The translations under genes were made by a program, and so were the position numbers. Under the pieces are notes generated by a model. It saw only the letters and a program-made list of their open reading frames with translations, searched no databases and had not been told where the DNA came from. Shown piece by piece: positions 20,948 through 29,517 of a stretch of DNA of 64,000 nucleotides (positions within the stretch are counted from its first letter, which is position 1; each line of letters starts with the position of its first letter). The stretch is taken from the NCBI GenBank assembly GCA_944331875.1, contig CALVJA010000006.1, forward strand, positions 1,822-65,821, in the 5' to 3' direction. The stretch is from an uncultured Clostridia bacterium (GTDB lineage: Bacteria; Bacillota; Clostridia; Christensenellales; DTU072).

Positions 20948-21595
20948 TTATTGTTTGTTTTCTTTGTTCAGTATTTCTCTCAGCTGCGCGCTCAATACCG
21001 CCAGCGACGACGCCATGTTCTCGTTCCTCACCGCGATGTTGTCGGGAACGGATATGTGCGCCGGCGTGAAGTTCCATATCGCGCGTATGCCCGCCCTGAC
21101 CAATACGTCCGCCATCGCCTGTGCGTGCTCGCCGGGTACGGTCAGTATCGCTATCTTGATGTCGAGCTTTTGTATCGCTCCCTCCAGCTTCCCCGTGGGA
21201 AGTATCGGTTTCGAATGCACTTTCTCGCCGATTATTTTGTCGTCAATGTCGAATCCCGCGATGATGTTCAAGCCGTAATCGGCAAAACCCGTATATCCCA
21301 AAAGCGCCTGACCGAGCTTGCCGCAGCCCACCAAAACGGCGTCCTTTGCGTTGTTGTAGCCTAAAAACTCCTCCAAAGCGCGTATCAGGTCGTCCACGGA
21401 ATAGCCCACTTTCGGTTTTCCGTCCTGCACCTTCGCCTGCGACAGATCCTTTTTGACGATGGACGGAGTCAGTTTCAGCACTTCCGCAAGCGTCACGCTG
21501 GACACGAATTCCCTGCCCTCTTTTTTGAGTTCGTATAGGGTCTTCAGATATCCCGGCATCCTGTGGAATGTCTGGATGGATACTTCGCCGTACAT
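20948..21595 (-). CDS. rex: Redox-sensing transcriptional repressor Rex
   Basis: 215 aa with a winged-helix N-terminus and a Rossmann fold (LVGCGKLGQALL). It lies 36 nt upstream of adhE. Confidence 0.9.
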   Translation of the reverse strand: MYGEVSIQTFHRMPGYLKTLYELKKEGREFVSSVTLAEVLKLTPSIVKKDLSQAKVQDGKPKVGYSVDDLIRALEEFLGYNNAKDAVLVGCGKLGQALLGYTGFADYGLNIIAGFDIDDKIIGEKVHSKPILPTGKLEGAIQKLDIKIAILTVPGEHAQAMADVLVRAGIRAIWNFTPAHISVPDNIAVRNENMASSLAVLSAQLREILNKENKQ

Positions 21596-21614
21596 CGTGC
21601 CTCCGTCGAATTAA

Positions 21615-21648
21615 ATCGATATTTTTTTATCGATATTATTTTATCGAT
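21615..21648. promoter_or_regulatory. Three ATCGAT-core palindromes at 14-bp spacing in the rex-adhE promoter/leader (candidate operator)
   Basis: ATCGAT occurs at 21615-21620, 21629-21634 and 21643-21648 (contexts AATCGATA, TATCGATA, TATCGATA). The last copy abuts the -10 element. Confidence 0.4.
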
Positions 21649-21667
21649 ACGCGATATGCGCTGTCAA
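21638..21667 (-). promoter_or_regulatory. Sigma-A-type promoter for rex-adhE
   Basis: The minus strand reads TTGACA (21667-21662), 18-nt spacer, TAAAAT (21643-21638). Confidence 0.5.
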
Positions 21668-21725
21668 GCGTTTTTCGCATATAAATAAATTTATTTTTTC
21701 GCGGCACGGAAAACCTTACCGGCAT

Positions 21726-21752
21726 GAAAACGCCGCCCTTACGGGGCGGCGC
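21726..21752 (-). terminator. Intrinsic terminator after the cysteine-synthase-like gene
   Basis: The minus strand reads CGCCGCCC cgtaa GGGCGGCG followed by TTTTC. Confidence 0.65.
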
Positions 21753-21788
21753 GGGATCGAGTCGCAATATATTATAAATAAATCCGTA

Positions 21789-22673
21789 TTATAATACGCT
21801 AAGATATCTTTCCCCGGTGTCCGGGAAGAGCGTAACGACGACTTTACCGGGGTTTTCCGCCTCCGCACGTTTCGCGGCGGCGAGCGCCGCGCCGGAGGAT
21901 ATCCCCACCAAAGTGCCGTACGTTCTCGCGGCGTAGCGCATATATTTGTACGCCTCAGCGGTCTTTACGGTATACACGTCGTCGATCACCGAGCGGTCGA
22001 TAAGCGACGGCAGGAAGTTCGCGCCTATCCCCTGTATGCCGTGTTTCCCCGCCGTGCCGCGCGACAAAAGCGGGCTTTCCTCGGGCTCTACGGCTATCGT
22101 CTTTAGCCCGGGATAACGCTCCTTCAATGCACGCGAAAGCCCGGTAAGGGTGCCCGCGGAACCGAATACGAGCACCAGAATATCGGGTTTTATGTCGCCG
22201 AGATCCTCTATTATCTCCTTTGCGGTCGTTTCGATATGCGCGGTTATACAATCGGGATTGGAAAACTGGTCGGGGACGAACGCGCCGCGCTCAGCGGCAA
22301 TTTCCGTTGCCTTTTCGACGGCTCCGTTCATACCTTTGTCCGCGGGGGTCTCGACCACTTCGGCGCCGAGGTGCCTTAAAAGTTTCTTCCTTTCCTCGGA
22401 CATATTCTCGGGCATGACGGTGACGAGTTTAAGACCTTTGCGCGCCGCGATGTACGCGAGAGCTATCCCCGTATTGCCGCTCGTCGCTTCGACGACGGTG
22501 CCGCCGGGGGCTAGCATTCCGCGCCGCATGGCGCCCTCTATCATATACAGCGCCGCTCTGTCCTTTACCGAGTGCAGCGGATTGAAGTATTCGAGCTTTG
22601 CGTAGATATTGCCGTCGTCCAGCTTCAGAAGCGGAGTTTTCCCTATAAGTTCGGTGATATCGTTTACGAGCAT
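21789..22673 (-). CDS. cysK: PLP-dependent cysteine synthase family protein (O-acetylserine sulfhydrylase-like)
   Basis: 294 aa with NPLHSVKDR (PLP lysine) and SGNTGIALA motifs. Confidence 0.8.
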   Translation of the reverse strand: MLVNDITELIGKTPLLKLDDGNIYAKLEYFNPLHSVKDRAALYMIEGAMRRGMLAPGGTVVEATSGNTGIALAYIAARKGLKLVTVMPENMSEERKKLLRHLGAEVVETPADKGMNGAVEKATEIAAERGAFVPDQFSNPDCITAHIETTAKEIIEDLGDIKPDILVLVFGSAGTLTGLSRALKERYPGLKTIAVEPEESPLLSRGTAGKHGIQGIGANFLPSLIDRSVIDDVYTVKTAEAYKYMRYAARTYGTLVGISSGAALAAAKRAEAENPGKVVVTLFPDTGERYLSVL

Positions 22674-22674
22674 A

Positions 22675-23610
22675 TTATTTGTCCGAGTCCTCTTTTTCGT
22701 CGGTTGATTCCTCTATGTCCGTATTCTCCTCGGCAAGCTCGAGTTCGTCCGAAACGGGGATATCCGCGCCTTCCAAAATTTCGTCCGCGGCTTTCTCCGC
22801 TTCTGTCATTTTAGGCGCGTCCGCCGCGACTGCGGCGCCCTTTTTGGCAGCGCGCTTTTGCGATATTTTATACACTGCGAACGTGCCGATTATGCTTATC
22901 ACCATACCCACGATGACCATCGTGGACTGGTTGTTGACGGTTTCGCCCTCGCCGATGAGGTTTCCGATAACGCAGATGAGTATGCATCCCACAAACGGGA
23001 TGACGGCTATCTTGTAATATTTCGCCATAAGCGCTATCGTCAGTCCGCCGAACACCGCGGGGATGACGTAGGGAGATACAGGCATCAGGAAATCGACTAT
23101 TTCGTTTTGGAATATCGCAAGGGGTATGAGCCCTATGACGATGATGAGCGTGGTGACTATGCTGCTCACCGCTATGGATATCGTGGATACGATCTCCTGT
23201 TCCTCGCTGCCCTGTTTGACTTTGGCGATGTTCTGCGAGTTCAGCGAACAGGGAAGTTTGAGGTTTGCGATGTTCCCCGTTATGAACGAAAGATACTGTC
23301 CGCCCGTCCCTAGAAGGGGGGCGTAGCTTATCGCCTCGATGAGTCCTACCGCCCAATATCCCGCCATGAACGGTATAGCCGTTCCCAGAGTTTGCCAGTT
23401 CGGCATGACGCCCTCCGCCACGCAGTACAGCACGGGCACCAGACATATAAGTCCCAGCGCGAACCATGTGAATATCCTGCCGAGGGCGTGCATCTGCGTC
23501 AGGTGCCCCTCGCGCGTGACGGCAGTTTTGAACAGCGCTTTGAATCCCGCCATCCCTTTCATCGGGACGGTCTCGACCGTTACGTTACCGTTTACGTTGT
23601 TATTGTCCAT
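22675..23610 (-). CDS. Polytopic membrane protein of unknown function with acidic C-terminal tail
   Basis: 311 aa with multiple hydrophobic helices and a tail ending ...ELELAEENTDIEESTDEKEDSDK. Its stop codon (22675-22677) directly abuts the cysK-like start at 22673. Confidence 0.6.
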   Translation of the reverse strand: MDNNNVNGNVTVETVPMKGMAGFKALFKTAVTREGHLTQMHALGRIFTWFALGLICLVPVLYCVAEGVMPNWQTLGTAIPFMAGYWAVGLIEAISYAPLLGTGGQYLSFITGNIANLKLPCSLNSQNIAKVKQGSEEQEIVSTISIAVSSIVTTLIIVIGLIPLAIFQNEIVDFLMPVSPYVIPAVFGGLTIALMAKYYKIAVIPFVGCILICVIGNLIGEGETVNNQSTMVIVGMVISIIGTFAVYKISQKRAAKKGAAVAADAPKMTEAEKAADEILEGADIPVSDELELAEENTDIEESTDEKEDSDK

Positions 23611-23622
23611 ACCGCCCTCCTT

Positions 23623-24357
23623 TTATGCGAACACGGGTACTACCGCAAGCGCTATCGCCAGCGAGCCCAAAATACTTATCGGCAGCGCGTACGATTCCAT
23701 CCATTTTTGTTTGCCGAATATCATTATCGCGCCGCATATGGCGGTGATGACGATGCTCGACGCGAGCGCGATGAGCGTGACCTCGCCGTAAGTGGTGATA
23801 CCGCTGTCGTCCGTTACGGGGCTGCCTATCGTAAAGCAGGCGCCCACTATGATGGCGCTCATGATACCGCTGAGCATACCGCCCAGCATCGCGCCGGTGA
23901 CGGTATCCATGAGTTTTTGGTTCTTCTGCTGCAGATCGTAAAGCTTGTTTTGGTATTTTTTATAGAAAATGGCGTTGAACAGCGGGCCCGTAAGGATGGC
24001 AAGCGTCATTATGACCGCCGCGGTGGCGATCGCCACCGCGTCGCCCGTGCCCGGAGCGACTCCCGCCTGGCTCATCGCGAGCATCTCGTATTGCAGCGCG
24101 CCGATTACCGTCAGGCGTATCCACGGTATCGCCAGTCCCAGGTACTGCATCATTATACCCACGCCTATGACGATGGGTATCGACGGCACGATGGAAAACA
24201 CGGCGCTGTTTTTTATCGTTTCCGTCACGATCTTTTTGTCCATGCCGATGGCTTTGGCGCGCCGAACGGCTTTGAACAAAAATACGAGCGACATCAAAAT
24301 TATGACCGCCGCTATGATACCGCCGATCACGAAAATAATTACGGGGCTTGATACCAT
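23623..24357 (-). CDS. Membrane protein (DUF5058-like)
   Basis: I prefer the start at 24357 (MVSSPVIIFVIGG...), which has GGAGGAA 9 nt upstream. The tracked start at 24390 overlaps the -10 box. Confidence 0.6.
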   Translation of the reverse strand: MVSSPVIIFVIGGIIAAVIILMSLVFLFKAVRRAKAIGMDKKIVTETIKNSAVFSIVPSIPIVIGVGIMMQYLGLAIPWIRLTVIGALQYEMLAMSQAGVAPGTGDAVAIATAAVIMTLAILTGPLFNAIFYKKYQNKLYDLQQKNQKLMDTVTGAMLGGMLSGIMSAIIVGACFTIGSPVTDDSGITTYGEVTLIALASSIVITAICGAIMIFGKQKWMESYALPISILGSLAIALAVVPVFA

Positions 24358-24388
24358 ATAACCGAATTCCTCCGAAGTTGATACCCAC

Positions 24389-24417
24389 ATTGTACTCTTT
24401 CAGAGCCCCATTGTCAA
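24389..24417 (-). promoter_or_regulatory. Near-consensus sigma-A promoter for the membrane-protein/cysK-like operon
   Basis: The minus strand reads TTGACA (24417-24412), 17-nt spacer, TACAAT (24394-24389). Confidence 0.6.
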
Positions 24418-24461
24418 TGTGTAAATAAATATTAGCTTAGCCGCTGCGGTACGAAATCCCT

Positions 24462-24483
24462 GCCGCCGCGGGCGCGCGGCGGC
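24462..24483 (-). terminator. GC-rich hairpin downstream of the aconitase-X genes (weak terminator candidate)
   Basis: GCCGCCGCG ggcg CGCGGCGGC. Only a poor U-tract follows on the minus strand. Confidence 0.35.
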
Positions 24484-24530
24484 TTTTCGGATTTTTTCTT
24501 CGCACTGCGTATCGCCCGGCGGGCGGTCTT

Positions 24531-24971
24531 TTATAATATACAGACCGTGCCGTCGCTTGTCACGCGGATACGGTCGCCCGTTTTGACTTCGGACAAAAAT
24601 TCCGCGCCCAGCTCGTCGACGGCGATGACGTCGGAGTCTTCCCATATCTTCGCCAGCACTATGCCGCTGGCGGCAAGCGGATCGATATGCTCGGAAAACA
24701 GGAAGCATTTCGGGTTTATCTTCATCTGACAAACCGTCTGGATGACGAGTCCGCCGGTGGTGGAGCCTATCGTTATAGGCAGGCATAACGCCTTGCCCGT
24801 GATGTTCCTGCCGTAAATATCGGGGTTGTTCTGATCGGAAGCGATCACCTCTTTTTTGTTCGCCATCGCGCTTTTCTGGAATGTAGCCAATGTGTTCACT
24901 CCGCCGCGCGACACCACGGCTTCGCCTTCCCAATCGCCGCCCGCTATGACTCTGCCTTTGAAAGTTTTCAT
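24531..24971 (-). CDS. Aconitase X swivel-domain protein (DUF126)
   Basis: 146 aa. The sequence (GRVIAGGDWEGEAVV, ALCLPITIGSTTGGLV) is typical of the DUF126 small subunit. It lies immediately after the DUF521 gene. Confidence 0.75.
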   Translation of the reverse strand: MKTFKGRVIAGGDWEGEAVVSRGGVNTLATFQKSAMANKKEVIASDQNNPDIYGRNITGKALCLPITIGSTTGGLVIQTVCQMKINPKCFLFSEHIDPLAASGIVLAKIWEDSDVIAVDELGAEFLSEVKTGDRIRVTSDGTVCIL

Positions 24972-24972
24972 G

Positions 24973-26262
24973 TCACGCCTCCCCGGAGATCACCTTCAAT
25001 ATCTCCTCGTCCTTGTAATAACGCGAAACGGAATACGTTCTGAGTTTGTTGCTGTTCGTGGCTATCGCCGTCGATCTCGTCAGCGGATTATTGGTATACA
25101 TCAACGGGCAGATACTGGATATACGCGCGCCCGAGGCATAAAGCTTCGCATACATGTCCGCGTTTTCGTCCCTGAACTTCCTGACCACGTACGGAGAAGC
25201 CGTCAGAATGGTCCTGACCGCGACTTTTTTTCTGCCTGCCGCCTCCAATGCCGCCGTTATGTCGCACGCCCAACCCACGAGCTGCGAGTATGTAAGGTGC
25301 GGGCATCCGATGAACGCGAGTTTTGCTTTCGCTCCCTCCTTCCACATTACGGGATAGGAGCGATAGACTCTTTCAAGCTCCGCGTCGTCGATAACATACG
25401 TTTCGGCGTCGGGCAGTATCAGGCTTTCCCCCTGCTTTTTCGCTTCGGGAGTCAGTTTATCGATGTGATACAATCCCACCGCGCCGTTTGAAGCGCTTGC
25501 CGCTCCGAAGTCCTTCAGATATGCTTTCGTTTCGTCGTCGAGATCCTCTCCGAGCCACCTGTCGAGCCCGTAAACGTATGGCACGTCTTCCATGACCCGC
25601 ATACCTATCGCCGAACCGAGTATCTGCGCTTCGGGTTTAGACGTGGTTTTCACATACACCTTCCATTTCGCTTTGCGCCCCTCGTCGGTCAACAGCCCGA
25701 AATACGGTACCTTACCGATGACGGAGCCGAACAGATCCAGCATCCCGGAATTGCGGTTGCACCTTGCGCCCAATACCGAATTCGCGTACACCACCGCCGA
25801 CGATTCCGCCCAGCTCAGGATGTCGCCCTCTTTCGGTATGTTGCCGACCTCGTTCAGGTAACAGGTACAGCTGAAAGCGTCGCTGTCCCTAAGCCCCGCT
25901 TTTTTGAGCTGTTCCTCGTAATCGGACTGTTTGGAGTACATGAATTTGTCGAATACAAGCCTCAGCAGAGGATTGCATTTTACGTTTTTGTAATCGAGCG
26001 GGCGCGGATCGACGGTAAATTTACCCTCAGCCGAAAGCCCGGCGCCTATGATCTCGTCCATAGTCCTGTAAAGAGGCTTCAACAGCCCTATGCCGAAACT
26101 CGTCACCAGGTGCCCCTGGGCGTGAGTCACGTCTACCAGCCGTTCCGCTCCGAAAATGTCGCCGAACATGACGAGCGTTTTCATTATTTTGGCTTTGACC
26201 TCGCCCTCGGCGCCCTCCATGATCCTGCGCTCTTCTTCTGTCAGACGCATCTTGTATTCCAT
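24973..26262 (-). CDS. Aconitase X catalytic-domain protein (DUF521)
   Basis: 429 aa. The N-terminus LTEEERRIMEGAEGEVKAKIMKTLVMFGDIFGAERLVDVTHAQGH is typical of the DUF521 large subunit. Confidence 0.75.
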   Translation of the reverse strand: MEYKMRLTEEERRIMEGAEGEVKAKIMKTLVMFGDIFGAERLVDVTHAQGHLVTSFGIGLLKPLYRTMDEIIGAGLSAEGKFTVDPRPLDYKNVKCNPLLRLVFDKFMYSKQSDYEEQLKKAGLRDSDAFSCTCYLNEVGNIPKEGDILSWAESSAVVYANSVLGARCNRNSGMLDLFGSVIGKVPYFGLLTDEGRKAKWKVYVKTTSKPEAQILGSAIGMRVMEDVPYVYGLDRWLGEDLDDETKAYLKDFGAASASNGAVGLYHIDKLTPEAKKQGESLILPDAETYVIDDAELERVYRSYPVMWKEGAKAKLAFIGCPHLTYSQLVGWACDITAALEAAGRKKVAVRTILTASPYVVRKFRDENADMYAKLYASGARISSICPLMYTNNPLTRSTAIATNSNKLRTYSVSRYYKDEEILKVISGEA

Positions 26263-26311
26263 GGTACCTCCTCCCCGGGACCGAATCTGCGGATCCCGGC
26301 TTTACGACTAT

Positions 26312-26340
26312 ATTATGACATATTCCGTCATCCGTTTCAA
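26312..26340 (-). promoter_or_regulatory. Sigma-A-type promoter for the aconitase-X genes
   Basis: The minus strand reads TTGAAA (26340-26335), 17-nt spacer, CATAAT (26317-26312). Confidence 0.45.
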
Positions 26341-26353
26341 GGGGGCAAATACG

Positions 26354-26380
26354 AAAAAAGCCCGCGGCTTCAGCGGGCTT
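26354..26380 (-). terminator. Intrinsic terminator after the gcv operon
   Basis: The minus strand reads AGCCCGC tgaagcc GCGGGCT followed by TTTTT. Confidence 0.7.
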
Positions 26381-26405
26381 TCCAGTGCGTTCGATCGGGG
26401 CGCTT

Positions 26406-27827
26406 TTACATATCCGCCGTAAGGCGCATATCCTTTGCCGCCGCCACCTCGTCGGGGCGGCCGACGGGGGTCGTAAGCGGGAATTTTTTGAACGCCTCGG
26501 GGTCTTTAAGCGCCACGGCGTATATCTCCTTCAGGCTCCCCGCGATATAGTCGAGCGTTTCCTTCGTTTCCGTTTCGGTGGGTTCGAACATCATCGCTTC
26601 GTGCACCGTCAGCGGAAAATATATCGTCGGGGGATGAATACCTTTGTCTATCATCGCTTTCGCTATGTCCGAAGCGGTCACGCCCGTTTCGCGTTTCAGG
26701 TTTTCCATGCTTGCCACGAATTCGTGCATACACAGCCCCGGCGCCGACGGATACTCCGCCGATATCAGCGCTTTCAGATAGTTCGCGTTCAGCACCGCCG
26801 TCTTCGCGCTGAGCGGTATGCCCTCTTTGCCGAGCGACAAAATGTAGGCGTACGCTCTGATCAAAACGGAGAAGTTGCCGTAGAACGCGTTGACTTTGCC
26901 GATACTTTTTTCGGGGCGTTCGAACACATACTCCTCCCCGCGCCGACCGACAACGGGATACGGCAGGAAGTCCTTCAAGAACGCTTTCACCCCCACGGGC
27001 CCCGCGCCCGGTCCGCCGCCGCCGTGCGGCGCGGAAAAGGTCTTGTGAAGATTCAGATGCACCGCGTCGAACCCCATGTCCCCGGGGCGCACCACGCCCA
27101 TCACGGCGTTCAGGTTGGCGCCGTCATAGTACATAAGTCCGCCCGCGCCGTGCACTATATTCGCGATAACGGAGATGTTTTTCTCGAAAAGTCCTAAAGT
27201 CGTGGGGTTTGTCAGCATAAGCGCCGCGGTATCGGAGTCCGCGAGGCGTTTCAATGCCTCTATATCCACGCCGTGGTCGGAGTCCGAGGGAACATTGACC
27301 ACCTCGAATCCCGCTATCGCCGCCGAAGCGGGATTGGTGCCGTGCGCGGAATCGGGGACCAATATCTTTTTCCTTTGCTCCCCCCGGGAGCGGTGGTACG
27401 CGTCTATTATCCTGAGCGCGGTATATTCGCCGTGCGCGCCCGCGGCGGGCGAAAGCGTCACGCCGTCCATGCCCGTTATCTCCTTCAGCGCTTCGCCGAG
27501 CCCGTACATAAGCTCCATGGCGCCGCCGAGATCCTTTGCTCTCTCCGCGGGATGTATATCGGTAAATCCCTCTAAAGAGGCGGCGTACTCGTTTATCTTC
27601 GGATTGTATTTCATCGTGCACGAACCGAGCGGATAGGCGCCGTCGTCCACGCCGAACGCCATGCGCGAGAGCGCCGCGTAGTGGCGCGCCACCACGACTT
27701 CGGCGAGTTCGGGAAGTTCGAGTTTTATCTCTTTGCCGAAATCGGGAACGGATATCTTCCCCTCCGCCCCCGAAGCGGGTATATAATCGTTTGCTTTAGA
27801 CGGGGCGTATTCGAATATTAGTTTCAT
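26406..27827 (-). CDS. gcvPB: Glycine dehydrogenase (decarboxylating) subunit 2
   Basis: 473-aa PLP enzyme (HLNLHKTFSAPHGGGGPG) that overlaps gcvPA. Confidence 0.9.
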   Translation of the reverse strand: MKLIFEYAPSKANDYIPASGAEGKISVPDFGKEIKLELPELAEVVVARHYAALSRMAFGVDDGAYPLGSCTMKYNPKINEYAASLEGFTDIHPAERAKDLGGAMELMYGLGEALKEITGMDGVTLSPAAGAHGEYTALRIIDAYHRSRGEQRKKILVPDSAHGTNPASAAIAGFEVVNVPSDSDHGVDIEALKRLADSDTAALMLTNPTTLGLFEKNISVIANIVHGAGGLMYYDGANLNAVMGVVRPGDMGFDAVHLNLHKTFSAPHGGGGPGAGPVGVKAFLKDFLPYPVVGRRGEEYVFERPEKSIGKVNAFYGNFSVLIRAYAYILSLGKEGIPLSAKTAVLNANYLKALISAEYPSAPGLCMHEFVASMENLKRETGVTASDIAKAMIDKGIHPPTIYFPLTVHEAMMFEPTETETKETLDYIAGSLKEIYAVALKDPEAFKKFPLTTPVGRPDEVAAAKDMRLTADM

Positions 27828-29131
27828 ATCGCCTCCTCCGCGGCGCCGGCCGCGCGCTCTATTTCATCTATCGTATTGAGTTCGGTAAAACACCACAGCA
27901 TCCTGTCCTCGTCGAGCCTGAGCCCCGACAAAATGCCCTCATTCCCGAGCGCTTCCTCTATGGCGGCGCTTTTCCCGGGAGTATACGTCACGAATTCGTT
28001 GAAAAACTCGCCGGGATATGCGCGTTTCATGCCCGCGCGCTCGAAGCGCTCGGCTGCATAGTGCGCGTTCAGATAGCAGGATCTCGCGACTTTTTCGAGC
28101 CCCGACGCGCCCGTCGCCGCGAGATATACCGCGACCCTAAGCGCCTGAAGCGCCTGGTTGGAGCAGATATTCGACAGCGCTCTCTCCCTTTTTATGTGCT
28201 GTTCGCGGGGCTGCAAAGTCAGCGCGAACGCGCGCCTGCCCGTAGAGTCCGAAGTCCTTCCCACAATGCGCCCCGGCATTTTCCTGACCAAAGACTTTTT
28301 GGTCGCGTAATACCCCACATACGCGCCGCCTAACGAAAGCGGTATCCCGAATGGCTGGGCGTCTCCCACCGCGACGTCCGCGCCCGCCTCCCCGGGGGAG
28401 GGTAAAAGCGCGTACGCGAGCGGATTTCCGCCGACGATATATTTCGCGCCTATGGCTTTTACCACGGCGCCTATCCCCTGCAGGTCCAATATACCGCCGA
28501 AGTACGCGGGCTGTTCGACATACACCGCCGATATGTCCGACGTAAGCGCGTTTTGCAATGTTTCGGGTTCCAAAACTCCGTTTTCGGTTTTCAAAACAAC
28601 GATATCTATGTTTTTAGATGACAGATACGTTTTCAATACTTCCATCGTGTCCGGGCGAATGCCGTCCGACGTCAATAGTTTTCCGCCCGGTCTTACGAGC
28701 TGCATCACCGCCTCCGCCGCGGCGGTGGCTCCCGAATACATCGACGCGTTCGCGACCTCCATCCCCGTTATGCGCGCCATATAGGTTTGGTATTCGAATA
28801 TGGCTTGCAAGACGCCCTGGGACATCTCCGCCTGATACGGCGTATACGCGGTCAGAAACGAGGGTCTCGAGACCACGTTGTCCACTATCTCCGGGATATA
28901 ATGCCTGTACGCGCCGGCGCCGCGCATGACTGTAGGGTATACCCTGTTTTTCGCCGCCAGCTCCTTCATCTTCCGCCTCACTTCGCTTTCGCTCATGCCG
29001 GGGGGAAGGTCTGGGGCAGCGCATTTCAATTCGTCGTCGATGTCCGCATACAGCGCGTCAAGGTTGCTTACGCCGATAACGGCGAGCATTTCCTCGACGT
29101 CTTTTGCGCTGTGCGGTATATACGCGCCCAT
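27824..29131 (-). CDS. gcvPA: Glycine dehydrogenase (decarboxylating) subunit 1
   Basis: 435 aa with the typical P-protein alpha subunit sequence (TAYTPYQAEMSQG). Confidence 0.9.
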   Translation of the reverse strand: MGAYIPHSAKDVEEMLAVIGVSNLDALYADIDDELKCAAPDLPPGMSESEVRRKMKELAAKNRVYPTVMRGAGAYRHYIPEIVDNVVSRPSFLTAYTPYQAEMSQGVLQAIFEYQTYMARITGMEVANASMYSGATAAAEAVMQLVRPGGKLLTSDGIRPDTMEVLKTYLSSKNIDIVVLKTENGVLEPETLQNALTSDISAVYVEQPAYFGGILDLQGIGAVVKAIGAKYIVGGNPLAYALLPSPGEAGADVAVGDAQPFGIPLSLGGAYVGYYATKKSLVRKMPGRIVGRTSDSTGRRAFALTLQPREQHIKRERALSNICSNQALQALRVAVYLAATGASGLEKVARSCYLNAHYAAERFERAGMKRAYPGEFFNEFVTYTPGKSAAIEEALGNEGILSGLRLDEDRMLWCFTELNTIDEIERAAGAAEEAI

Positions 29132-29487
29132 TATTTAAGCGAAGCGAGGTATTCCGCCTCGGTCATCAGCCCTTCGGGAGCGGCGCTCATCTCTATTTTG
29201 CAGATGAACGTGTTCTCGGGGTCGGATGAAAGCGTTTCGGGCGCGTCCTCCAATGCGGCGTTCACCTCGATTATTTTCCCTGCGACCGGGGAGTATATCG
29301 GCGAAGCCGCTTTCACGCTCTCCACCTCGGTCAGTTCGCCGCCCGCGGCGACCGTCTGTCCCGTTTCCGGAAGTTCGACGTAGACCACGTCGCCCAGCTC
29401 TTTCGCGGCGTATTCGGAAATGCCTATCGCGGCGACATTGCCGTCTATAAGCGCCCATTCATGCGTTTTCGAGTAAAATTTTGCCAT
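29131..29487 (-). CDS. gcvH: Glycine cleavage system H protein
   Basis: 118 aa with a lipoyl-lysine context (ESVKAASPIYSPV). Confidence 0.9.
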   Translation of the reverse strand: MAKFYSKTHEWALIDGNVAAIGISEYAAKELGDVVYVELPETGQTVAAGGELTEVESVKAASPIYSPVAGKIIEVNAALEDAPETLSSDPENTFICKIEMSAAPEGLMTEAEYLASLK

Positions 29488-29517
29488 CGTTCACCTCGCG
29501 TCGGCGCGGCGCGCCGT

